From the human T2T-CHM13v2.0 reference genome, Homo sapiens, in assembly GCF_009914755.1 (NCBI RefSeq), contig NC_060947.1: DNA of 64,000 nucleotides. One strand, given 5' to 3'. Below the pieces are notes generated by a model, which did not search any database, was not told the origin of the DNA, and was given only the letters and a program-made list of their open reading frames with translations. How positions within the stretch are numbered: the stretch's first letter is position 1; each line of letters opens with the position of its first letter. This document shows positions 14,521 through 25,680 of the stretch, piece by piece. A program made the position numbers and the translations under genes.

Positions 14521-14920
14521 ATATGCAGTCATGGTATCTTTGAATTTATGTAACAGAAAATGTGCATTTACTCTGAGCTTTCTGAGGAAAAGTCAAGAGA
14601 TAATATTTATAGTGAGTGGATATGAATTCAACCTCTTTATTCAAGACTGCCTGGGTTTGAATCTCTATTTCCCTGCTTGCTATGTGGCCTCCATTCCTCA
14701 TTCCCTAAGGATGCTGATAGCCAAACTACCAGAATCATAAGCTGCTTGTGAGGGTTAAATTACCTCATGCATATGAAGTGCTTGATATTTAGTGAATGCT
14801 AAATAAATGTTAGAGATAATTATTTGAAAATGTTAAATATTATTAGTATTATTAATAGTGTTATTCACATTTAGTAAAGCATTTCAATGCAAAGGAATAT
14901 TCTTCCTTTATTGTGCATTA

Positions 14921-15227
14921 TTTTATTTAATTTTTTTTGAGACAGGGTCTCACTCTGTTACCCAGTTGGAGTGCAGTGGCACAATCTTGGCTCACTGCAA
15001 CCTCCACCCTTTGGGCTCAATTTTCCTGCCTCAGCCTCCCAAATAGCTGAGACCACAGGCACACACCACCATGCCTGGCTATTTTTTTTTTTTTTTTTTT
15101 GGATTTTTGGTAGAGATTGGGTTTTGCCATGTTGCCCAGGCTGCTCTTGAACTCCTGGCCTCACCAATATGACCACCCCAGTCCCCCAAAGTGTTGGAAT
15201 TACAGGTGTGAGCCACTGCGCCCACCC
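14921..15227 (-). mobile_element. Alu (old, J-like)
   Basis: Antisense Alu dimer with T-rich tail and linker. Confidence 0.9.
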
Positions 15228-15297
15228 AAATGTGCACTGATTTAAAGTTTACTAAAGTAAAATTATCTTTGGATATCTTTTAAAAATTAAGCTGTTG

Positions 15298-15836
15298 CTC
15301 AAGGAACTTAAAATAGAGCTACAATTTGACCCAGTAATCCCCTTACTGGATGTATACTCAAAGGAAAATACATCATTATATCAAAAGACACATGCACATG
15401 TGTGCTCACCACCAAACTATTCACAGTAGCAAATGCATGGAGTCAATCTAGGTGCCCATCAATAGCTGGATTGGATAAATAAAATGTGGTACATATACAC
15501 CACGGAATTATATGCAGCCATAAAAAACAATGGAATATGTCCTTTGCAACAACATGGATGGAGTTGGAGGCCATAATCTTAAGTGAATTAATGTAGAAAC
15601 AGAAAACCAAATACCAGATGTTCTCGTTTATTAACAGTAGCTAAATATTGAGCACAAATGGACATAAATGTAGAAGCAATAGACACTGTAAGCTGCAAGA
15701 CGGGGGAGGGAGGGAAGAGAGCATGTGTGAAAAAACTACCTATTGGGTACTAGAATCACTTCTTGAGTGCAATATATTCATGAAACAAACCTGCATGTGT
15801 ACCCCCGTATCTAAAATAAAACTCACGAAAAAAATT
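15298..15836 (+). mobile_element. L1 3' end (primate L1PA/L1PB type)
   Basis: gacccagtaatccc...aaaatgtggtacatatacacc...atctaaaataaaa. Confidence 0.85.
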
Positions 15837-16537
15837 AAGGTTGTGTAAGATGAAAATAATAATGTAATTCAGATAATTATATCTACTGTCTATGCATAGA
15901 AGTTTTTATTTTTAGTAGATATCAGCCTCAACTTTTTTTAGAGTAGATATCAGCCTCAACATTCTATTAAAATTTCAGCTAGGGAGATTCATTCCATTAT
16001 CTTGGATACTTTGGATATATTTGCACTTAGATTAATGTGATACATAGACCCAAACATTTAGTGATTAAATCTGAATTCATGGAATTAGATAATTGGACAT
16101 CACCTTTAAAGGGTGTTTCTTTAACAAGCTCAAGGTTATATTTTTAGTTATAACCACAGCTGGGGCTAGAACATTTTATGAGTCACTATCAGTCTTTTTT
16201 TTCATGACCATGCTACACTTTACTTTCCACGCTTGTGCCATCATTCAGCAAATATTTACTAATTGCCTATTGTGTGTCAGGCTCCGTGCTATTTCCAGAT
16301 GATACCACAGCAAACAAGGTCAAGTCTGAACTTCCAGGAAATTAGCAGTCAAGCTACCACACATCCTTGCCACTGTTCAAGCTTTTAAATAATATAACTC
16401 TTATTTTCCAAGTGATATCAAGCTTCAAAAACACAACAACTTTCTGCTTTACGCCAGGGAAATATAGTAGCAAGTATTCAACATTTTGATATAAAGAGTG
16501 ACAGGCATGGTGAGATATTTGCACCCACAGGAAGAGC

Positions 16538-17158
16538 TGTAGGGGGCAAGGCCCTCTGAGGACTCACTAAAAATCACTGACAAAAGGCAGATTGATAGCA
16601 GAAGAGGTATACGGATTTATTTAATGGTTGTACATGTGAGCCTGCAGAATGAAGACCCAAAGATACAGGGGAAATTGTGCATTTTATGCCTAGTTTTAAG
16701 GAAGAAGTATGGACAGAGGTGCAGAAATAGGGTTGGACAAAAAGGCTATAAACTAATACTAATGAACTGAATGGGGAAACACAGAAAGGCCTGTATGTCT
16801 AGATTATTCTTGGCTTCTTTGAGCAGTATTCTTCCTTCTGGGTGTGGGGCAGGGACCCCTCTGAAATGGGGGCCTTCTGACCTACAGTCAAATAAGGTAG
16901 ATCAGACAATTTCTTTATGGTCAGTTTTTACACAGAAAGGTGGAGTGAAAATTAGAGTAATATTCTTAGGTTTTATTGCTGCCTTTGGGGAAAATATGTT
17001 TTGGTTTCTATGACACACCTTAGGGAAGAAGGATCCTAGTTTCTATAGCTAGCCTTGGGGGAGAATGAGACTGAGAGACAGGAGGGTGGGAGAAGAGTAG
17101 AGAAAGACTTTTGCTCCTGAGTTCTTCATTTTGGGGTATTGTTTTCTGAGCTCCAAAA
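16538..17158 (-). mobile_element. ERV1 solo LTR (MER4 group, MER31/MER67-like) with 4-bp TSD
   Basis: Minus strand starts (T)TTTGGAGCTCAGAAAACAATACCCCAAAATGAAG. Identical gagc flanks at 16534-16537 and 17159-17162. Subfamily uncertain. Confidence 0.75.
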
Positions 17159-17504
17159 GAGCAAAATTACAGTTGATCATTTTGTAAACAGCATTTCCAG
17201 GACAAACACATCCACATCAACTGCCTAAGGGAGTTTATGCCACTTTCCCCTAAGTTCCCTACTGTGGTCCTACTAATCATAGGTATGACACTCAAAAAGT
17301 GTAAGTCTGGCCTGATTCCACATGTCGCCATATCAGAGAGTTGAAGAAAGACAGTGTGATCACTCCTGAGACTTTCGCTTCTCTGAGTTCAGTGTTCTCA
17401 ATATATCGTCCATTTGTTTCACCAGATCCGTTCTCCACTCTTCTTCACTCTGCTTTGTGCTGCTAAAAATCTGACTCATATAAACGATGGACTGTATTAG
17501 TAAG

Positions 17505-17893
17505 TGTCACGCACGTCCATGTGAAGAGACCACCAAACAGGCTTTGTGTGAGCAATAAAGCTTTTTAATCACCTGGGTGCAGGTGGGCTGAGTCCGAAAA
17601 GAGAGTCAGCAAAGGGAGATAGGGATGGGGCTGTTTTACAGGATTTGGATAGGTAATGGAAAGTTACAGTCAAAGGGGGTCGTTCTCTGGCAGGCAGGGG
17701 CGGGGTCACAAGGTGCTCAGTGGGGGAGCTTCTGAGTCAGAAAAAGGAATTTCACAAGGTAATGTCATCAGTTAAGGCAGGAACGGGCCATTTTCACTTC
17801 TTTTGTGATTCTTCACTTGCTTCAGGCCATCTAGATGTATACCTGCAGGTCACAGGGGATATGATGGCTTAGCCTGGGCTCAGAGGCCTGAGA
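17505..17893 (-). mobile_element. LTR7 (HERV-H 3' LTR)
   Basis: Minus strand reads T(C)TCAGGCCTCTGAGCCCAGGCTAAGCCATCATATCCCCTGTGACCTGC...CTCTTCACATGGACGTGCGTGACA. Preceded by the PPT AAGAAGACAGGAA (17906-17894). Confidence 0.92.
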
Positions 17894-19763
17894 TTCCTGT
17901 CTTCTTATATTAATAAGAAAAATAACATAAAATAGTGTTGAAGTGTTGGGGCAGTGAAAATTTTTGGGGGGTGGTATGGAGAGATAATGGGCGATGTTTC
18001 TCAGGGCTGCTTCGAGCGGGATTAGGGGCGGTATGGGAACCTAGAGTGAGAGAGATTAAGCTGAAGGAAGATTTTGTGGTAAGGGGCGATATTGTGGGGT
18101 TATTAGAAGGAGCATTTGTTGTATAGAATGATTGGTGATGGCCTGGATACGTTTTGGATGAGTTGAGAAACTAAATGGAAGACACAAGGTCCGAATAAGA
18201 GAAGGAGAAAAACAGGTATTAAAGGACTAAGAATTGGGAGGACCCAGGACATCCAATTAGAAAGTGTCCAAGGGGGTTCAGCATAATTACTTGCTTGGTT
18301 GGCAAATTTTTGGGCTCTATCCTTGAGTTTTTTTATGTTGTTATATACCAGGCCAGATTAATTTAGGTAAAAACAACACTCTTCATTTAAAAATATAGAG
18401 TTCTCTTTTTTTTTAGCAGTGAGTAAGTCGAGGCCTCAGCGATTGTGGAGGAAAGAGAAATGCAAAGTCAGCAATTGTTTGTTAAAGAAGGATTAGAAAT
18501 GGCTAGGTGAGAGTGAGTGACATTGATAGTGTGGTGGAGATAGCTGGGGAAAGGTAGAGGGTGGCATAAGAACGGGAACGAGAATAAGAGTGAGTATAAA
18601 AGTAAAGAAAAGGACTTTATCAGGATGAAAATATTGGAGGGTGCCCTGCCAGCAAAGACTATTTATTTACTTTAAGAGGGAGTTAAGAGTGGCCATTTGG
18701 GGATAGCACCAGGAGATATTAGCTGTGATGGCTTGGAGAAACAGTGTAAACTGGCAGTGTAAACAAGAGCAGGGCATTTATGAGTAGTTGAGCATGGTGA
18801 ATAGGAGTATGACTAGACAGAAGATAGCAGGGATGACAAGTTTTTGGGGTGCAGTCCAAGTTGGGCTGGTGTCTGGAATGAGACTGGGGCCTAATAAAAA
18901 GGAGCATTCATACAGGAGCTTAAATGGGCTGTACCCTGTAGCATTCCGAGGATAGGCCTGAATTCTGAGAAGGGCAAGTGGTAAAAGTACTGTCCAGTCC
19001 TTTTTAAGTTGGAGGCTGAGCTTACTGAGGTGTGTCTTTAAAAGACCATGAGTCTGTTCTACTTTTCCTGAAGATTGAGGACGGTAAGGGGTATGAAGGT
19101 TCCACTGAATACCAAGAGCCTAAGAAACTGCTTGGGTGATTTGACTAGTAAAGGCCGGTCTGTTATTGGACTGTATAGAGGTGGGAAGGCCAAACTGAGG
19201 AATTATGTCTGACAGAGGGGAAGAAATGACTGCAGTGGACTTCTCAGACCCTGTGGGAAAGGGCTTTACCCATCCAGTGAAAGTGTCTACCTAGACCAAG
19301 AGGTATTTTAGTTTCCTGACTTGAGGCATGTGAGTAAAATTAATTTGCCAGTCCTGGGCAGGGCCAAATCCCTGAGCTTGATGAGTAGGGAAGGGAGGGG
19401 GCCTGAATAATCCCTGAGGAGTAGTAGAATAGCAGATGGAACACTGAGAAGTGATTTATTTGAGGATAGATTTCCATGATGGAAAGGAAATGAGAGGTTC
19501 TAAGACACGGGCTAGCGGCTTGTAACCTACATGGAAGAGGTTATGAAATGACGACAGAATAGAATGGGCCTGTGAGGCTGGAAGGAGCTGTTTTCCTTGG
19601 TCCAAGAACCATTTGCCTTGTGTGGGAAGAGATTGATAGGTGGAAGTTTCAGTGGGGGAGTAGGTGGGAGTGACCGATGAGGAGAAAAACTGGCCGTGAG
19701 GGACAGAAGTTGGAATGCTAGCTGCTTTTTTAGTTACCTTATCAGCATAAGCATTGCCCTGAG
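17894..19763 (-). mobile_element. HERV-H internal fragment (end of RNase H, integrase, env-deleted 3' region), 5'-truncated
   Basis: Contiguous with LTR7. Begins at the QGNAYADKV RNase H motif on the minus strand. No 5' LTR in the window. Confidence 0.88.
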
Positions 19764-20882
19764 TCCCACTGAAACAGACTGTTTCCCATCAGAACGATAC
19801 CTGATACAGTTATTTTCGTCATTTGCCCCACAACACCATTTCGAGTCTCAACATCACTCAGATTTCTTCCTTCCTCAAGTGACTATTTAATTTGTCTGTC
19901 TTCCTCTTAAAGGTCCACAACTGGAACTACTTCTTCAAGTGTAGTCTGATCAACACAGGACAGAAAGAGAAAGTCACCTCTTGCTTTAGTTACATGTCCA
20001 TGGAATTTACTCAAAGATACTAGTAGCTTCTGAGCTAGTATTTTCACATTCTTAGGTCACAATCTATTCGCTGTCAATTGAAAACCTCTAAGTAGATTTT
20101 TTGATACTACTGTTAAACCAAATGTCTCTCGTTCTATTCACAAGATGTTAGTTTTGGGATTCCAAGATCACAGCATGCCAATGCTATCTAGTAAATTTTT
20201 CTTGTCTGATTAAAATCATAGTTCAAGTGGTCCACAGTCTAGCCTGTTTAAACTCTTACTGCATTTAAATCTTGTTATTAGAAAAATCTTCTAATCTTTG
20301 TGTCATTTTCAGACTTAATACATATATTGTCAACATCTGTGTTCTAACCCATTGTCATGAATCTGTCAAAGAGAGGGCTGAGAATATATGGATGACAAAT
20401 AAGTACATAAAAATATATTTAACATCATTAGCCATCAGGAAAAAGCCAATTAAGACTATAATTAGATGTCAGTACACAACTTTCAGAAAGGCTAAGCTTT
20501 TTAAAAGTGACAAAACCAAATGCTGATGTAGATGCAAAGAAACTGGATCATGCATGCATTGCTGGTGGGAATGTAAATGATACAGCCACATTAGAAAGTT
20601 GGAATTTTCTTACACAACCAAATAGGGCAACTACCATACTACCCATAATCTGGGTAATTATTACAGAGAAATCCTGCAGGGGAATGATTATAACAGCTTT
20701 ATTTGTAATAGCCAAAAACTAGAAACAGCCCAGATGTCCTTCACCTGGCAGAAAGATTAAGCAAACTGGTACATTTATACAATGTAATATCACACTCAGG
20801 AATATAAAAGAATAAACTATTGATATATGCAACAACATGAATGAACCCTCAAATACTTATGATGAGTGAAAAAAACAATAAT

Positions 20883-21122
20883 TGATATGGTTTAGATGTT
20901 TGTCCCCTCCAAATTTTATTTTGAAATGTAATTCCCAATGTTGGAGGTGTCTGCTTTCCCTTCACCTGCCATAACTGTAAGCTTCCTGAGACCATAACCA
21001 GAAGCAGATGCTGGCACCAATTCCCGTACAGCCTACAGAATTGTGAGCCAATTAAACCTCTTTTCTTTATGCATTACTCAACTTCAGGTATTTCTTTATA
21101 GCAAGGCAAGAACAGACTAACA
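20883..21122 (+). mobile_element. Internally deleted MST-type MaLR LTR inside L1
   Basis: tgatatggtttagatgtttgtcccctcc...tttctttatagcaaggcaagaacagactaaca. Confidence 0.8.
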
Positions 21123-21927
21123 CGCCAATTCCAAAAGGTTACATACTGAAAGATTCACGTAACACTCTGAAAATGACAAAATTATATAGGTGGGGAATAG
21201 TGGTGGCTAGGGGTTATGAACTTGAGAGGAAGGTTGGCAGTGGCTATTAAAGGACAACATGAGAGATCTTTTGTGTTGATGAAACTCTTCTGTACTCTAA
21301 TTATGGTCGTTGTCCCTTGAATCTAGGCATATGATAAAACTGAATATAACTAAACACACACCCATGAGCACATGTAAAACTGGTGAACTCTGGATAGATT
21401 GAGTGTATTAATGTCAGTTTTCTGGTTGCGATGTTGCACTATGCATTTGCAAGGTCTTATCATGTGAGGAAACTGAGTAAAAGATACATTGGTATCTCTT
21501 CATATTACTTCTTACAATGGCATGCTAACAGATATATTAAAAGGCATTCAACATCATTAATCATAAGAGAAATGCCTATTAAAACCACTATATCACTTCA
21601 TGCTTGTTAAGATGGCTATTTTCAAAAAGACAGTAAGTAACAAATGTTGATGAGGGTGTGGAGAAAAAAAGAACCCCAGTACACTGTTGGTAGAAACGTA
21701 GATTGGTATAACCATAATGTAAAACAATATGGAGGTATCTAAAAGAATTAACAAGTAACTACCACATGGCCCAGCAATCCTTCTTCTGGGTAGACACCCA
21801 AATGAGATGAAATCACAGCCTCATATAGATATATGCACTCTCATGTTCATTGTAGCATTATTCCCAATAGCCAAGATATGGAAACAGCTTAAAATGTGCA
21901 TCAATGGATAAATGGATTTTAAAATTT

Positions 21928-21928
<1 letters not shown>

Positions 21929-21966
<38 letters not shown>
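21929..21966. repeat. (GT)19 microsatellite
   Basis: Perfect dinucleotide run. Confidence 0.95.
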
Positions 21967-21968
<2 letters not shown>

Positions 21969-23444
21969 TTATACATAGTTATACAGAACTAAATATTATT
22001 CAGCCTTACAGTAAAGAGGTCTTGGCATTTGCCACAACATGGATGAACCTGGAGGACATCACGATAAGTTAATTAATCCAGACAGAAAGAAAAAGATTCG
22101 ATGATCTCATATGTGGACTATATAAATAAGGGGCTCAAGTAGACAGAGGTAGAGAATGAAACATTGGAGGTGGGAGAAGAAGTGGGGAGAAGTAGGTCAA
22201 AGGACACAAAATAGCAGATATGTAGGATGTAAAAGTATAGAGATCTAATGTACAGGGGGACTAAACCTGATGAAATTGTGTCATGAATTTTTGTTAAATA
22301 AGTAGATTTTAGCTGCTATTGTCACACACTTAAAAACTAAGAAGAGAGATATGCTAATCTGCTTCACCATAGTAACCATTTTACTTTATGTATCCTATAA
22401 TATCATGTTGTAAACCTCAAATAGACACAATAAGTTTTTTTTAAAAATAAAAATAAAAAATGCATCACACTTCTATATACTAACATTGAACATGTGGAAA
22501 TCAAAATTAAACACATGATACCATTTACAGTCACTCGAAAGAAAATGTAATACTAAGGTATAAATTAAACAAAACATGGACCAGAAGGTGGTTACAAATA
22601 TTAAATATCAAAATATCTTTCTAAAATTTACAAAATACAAAAATGTACCTGATAAATCCATTTACAAGGGAAGAACAGATTTTATATACATAGATGCATC
22701 TTAAAAACAGGCCTGAGTGAAACATTAAATATTGACAATGCATACATAAATTGAAAACAAATGTCCACAAGCAATAAGAAATGTTTATTAACACTCATAC
22801 AGAGAAAAGGATACACATCAAATGCATTACAATAATTGCCAATGTAGACAAGAGAAATAAAACTGGGTCGTGGAAATAAAGGAGAGTGAATGAATAAATA
22901 AACAGGAGAGGGTCTTGGAAATTAACACAAAGAATGTAACTCAGCCCTCTAAACTTGATGCCAAAACCACTCTATTGTATTCCCTTCAATAAAAACAGTA
23001 TTTTTTTTCAAGGGAAGAATTCCTAGTCATTGACATTCTATAGAAATGCAGGTGTATGGAAGTGGCAATAAAAATACCAACTTTTGTTTGTATCATTGTA
23101 TGCAAATTCTCTGTAGACTATGCTTTCATTGATTGCCTGCAGTAGACAATGGCCACTCCCAGTGCCCCACACTTGGTAGGCTACTGCTCCACCTAGAGTT
23201 TCTTAACAAGGAAATGCCCTAGTATTGGGACCATGGCCTCCAAGCACCATTATTTTAGTGTGTGTGACATGATGTCTTACTTTATGTAGGGTGAGGTTTT
23301 TGATCCGTTTGAGGGGCTTCAGTTGCTCACAGCATTGGATGAGTCATAACCCATGCCACTATGATGTATGTGGCCTGGAGGTGGTGATTTTGATGTCTTC
23401 ATTTTGGAAAGAGTGTCACTGTCACCTAAATACAATCCAGGTCA

Positions 23445-23766
<322 letters not shown>

Positions 23767-24061
23767 GAATACAGATCTTTTTGTACACCCTTCTACACAA
23801 TCACATGCTCCAAGAAACACCATGTCCTTTTCTTCCTCTCCTGTAAGACAAAATTTTAAGAAGAAAATTTGTCTGAGGAATCAGTCCTCCGCCAGTCCTT
23901 ATTTGCAATGTCTGGCTAACTGTCAACCTGTGGGTCCGTCTCCCAACCTACAGGACCTCATATCCCTCCCTTCTCAAATGCCTACCTCTTCCCTTCCCTT
24001 CCCCACCCCACACCAGACAACAGGCAGAGATAAACACAGTCATCAGCTCCTTAAACTTGAT

Positions 24062-24067
24062 TTTATT
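24062..24067 (-). terminator. Probable SPANXN3 polyadenylation signal AATAAA
   Basis: tttatt on the + strand, about 55 nt downstream of the stop codon. Confidence 0.75.
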
Positions 24068-24122
24068 GTAATCATCGCCATCAGTGGTGATGATTTGTCC
24101 AATTTGGTTTCTCCATGTGTGA

Positions 24123-24470
24123 CTAATCCTCCCCACTGTCCTGTGAAGATCCTTCAGATAAGCCTAGGTCTTCATCCTCCTGTGAGGATCCTTCAGATGA
24201 GTCTAGATCTTTGTCCTCCTTTGAAGGTCCTTCACATGGGCCTAGGTCTTCATCCTCATTTGAAGATCCTTCAGATAAGTCTACGCCTTCGTCCTCCTCC
24301 TTTTGGATTGGATTGATGGAGTTCTCTTGGGACTGTTCATTCTCCAGTTGATTTGAATTTATTTTCTTACCCTTCCTGAGGTAATACACAAATATTATTG
24401 GATATTCTGATGTTTTTGTCTTCTTCAAACTCTGTTCGGGGGCTAAGACTCTGTTTGGTACCTCTTGCAT
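24123..24470 (-). CDS. SPANXN3: SPANX family member N3, coding exon 2 (MQEVPNRVLAPEQ...SEGSSQDSGED*, 115 aa)
   Basis: Preceded by a polypyrimidine tract and acceptor (ctttctggcctctccctattttcttaccAG|ATG). SPANX core IIFVYYLRKGKKINSNQLEN, acidic 13-aa repeats, TAG stop at 24125-24123. Confidence 0.93.
   Translation of the reverse strand: MQEVPNRVLAPEQSLKKTKTSEYPIIFVYYLRKGKKINSNQLENEQSQENSINPIQKEEDEGVDLSEGSSNEDEDLGPCEGPSKEDKDLDSSEGSSQEDEDLGLSEGSSQDSGED
24144..24299 (-). repeat. Coding 39-bp minisatellite, 4 units of 13 aa (EEDEGVDLSEGSS / NEDEDLGPCEGPS / KEDKDLDSSEGSS / QEDEDLGLSEGSS)
   Basis: Visible in DNA (gaagatccttcagat-like motif recurring every 39 nt) and in the translation. Confidence 0.92.
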
Positions 24471-24658
24471 CTGGTAAGAAAATAGGGAGAGGCCAGAAAG
24501 ACATTATTTTGGGTGAATAGGATAGAGACTAGATAGCAAGGGGGGCTTTATGAGAAGGAATGCAGGTGGAGGAAGGGGTGTGTGCCAGAGAAGAACAAGG
24601 TGAAATCATAGGGTAGGGATCTATGCAGAAGAAGAAGAGGAGCATGGGTAGAGTCACC

Positions 24659-25197
24659 TGTTAGTCCAAACTGCATGATTTTGTAAGTTTTTGCTATGTT
24701 GCAGACCTTGGTCAAAGTGAAACATTCCATGGGGGTTCAGGCCATGAGCAACATCCTGCCTAACCACCTGACCACAAGGTGGACAAAGGCTCAACTAAAG
24801 AAACATCCCTATCATAAGTCCTGTTCCCCTTATTCTTTCATCTTCTCCAGCCCTGGGCTAACCTCCAGATATTGATTAAACTCTCCATCTTATTTTTCCT
24901 TCATTCCCCTTTCCAGGCAGCTGCAAAGGAACACCACAATGATATTCCACTGGAAAAAGGGCCAAACCACCTGATCATAAGAACATCTTATCAATATCCT
25001 CCTGGGCAGCAAGCCATACTGCCCAGCTCCCTCCCACCCATACCTGTAAGTACCCCAGGCTATAAGCGGCAGTGGGCTCTGGCATTAAGCTGGTCCCCCA
25101 CTTCCACAGGTGTCTGCAATATTCCTGTGTTGTTGTTTGAGATGCACCCTCTCTGTCTGTCTTTCTTTCACCCTCATCTTCCCTTCAAAACCTAACA
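24659..25197 (+). mobile_element. 5' LTR of the intronic ERV (539 bp, carrying a 110-bp insertion)
   Basis: tgttagtccaaac...ttcaaaacctaaca. Aligns to 32167-32614 except at 24817-24926. TATA-like tataag at 25061. Confidence 0.9.
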
Positions 25198-25200
25198 CTT

Positions 25201-25218
25201 TGGTGCCAAAACCCAGGA
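25201..25218 (+). promoter_or_regulatory. Primer binding site, tRNA-Phe type
   Basis: tggtgccaaaacccagga versus the Phe PBS TGGTGCCGAAACCCGGGA. Both mismatches are CG>CA, consistent with CpG decay. Lies 3 nt after the LTR end. Confidence 0.85.
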
Positions 25219-25680
25219 CGGTGATTGGGTTCTAATGGGTAAGTTTTCTCTTGCAACCTGGAAAGCAGAAAGCAGCAAGCAGCACAAACTAGACCGGGGC
25301 CTACTTCCAGATCCTGAGTGGACTGTCTGTTCCCAGTCCTGTTTCCCCTATTCTCTCATCTTCTCCAGCCCTGGACTAACCTCCAGATATTGATCAAACT
25401 CTCCATCTTATTTTTCCTTCCTTCCCCTTCCCAAGCAGCTGCAACCAGGATCACCCCCATTGCTGGACATCACATCCAACACTGGGCTTCAATTCGTGGG
25501 TGAGTCTCCCTATTCTTCCTTTCTGGATTCCTTTCTATTTCTGCTTGTTCTCCAAAAAAATTCCAGTGCTGGGTGAGAGGTCTCCCCAGTCACCAGGTGA
25601 CTGCAGCCTCCCTTCTCAGGGGACAGCCTCAGAACACTTGCCATTCTGGCCGCTCCGTCCTCTGGGGAGCATGAATAGCT

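Larger units (their letters stand above)
20370..22460 (+). mobile_element. Two stacked L1M 3' ends (about 20370-21525 and 21530-22460)
   Basis: ORF2 C-terminal and 3'UTR motifs occur twice. A-rich tail at 22443-22460. Confidence 0.75.

Noticed and set aside
23822-24316. 164-aa + strand ORF with periodic LQISLGLHP repeats
   Set aside because: It is the antisense shadow of the SPANXN3 coding minisatellite, with no independent promoter or splice evidence.
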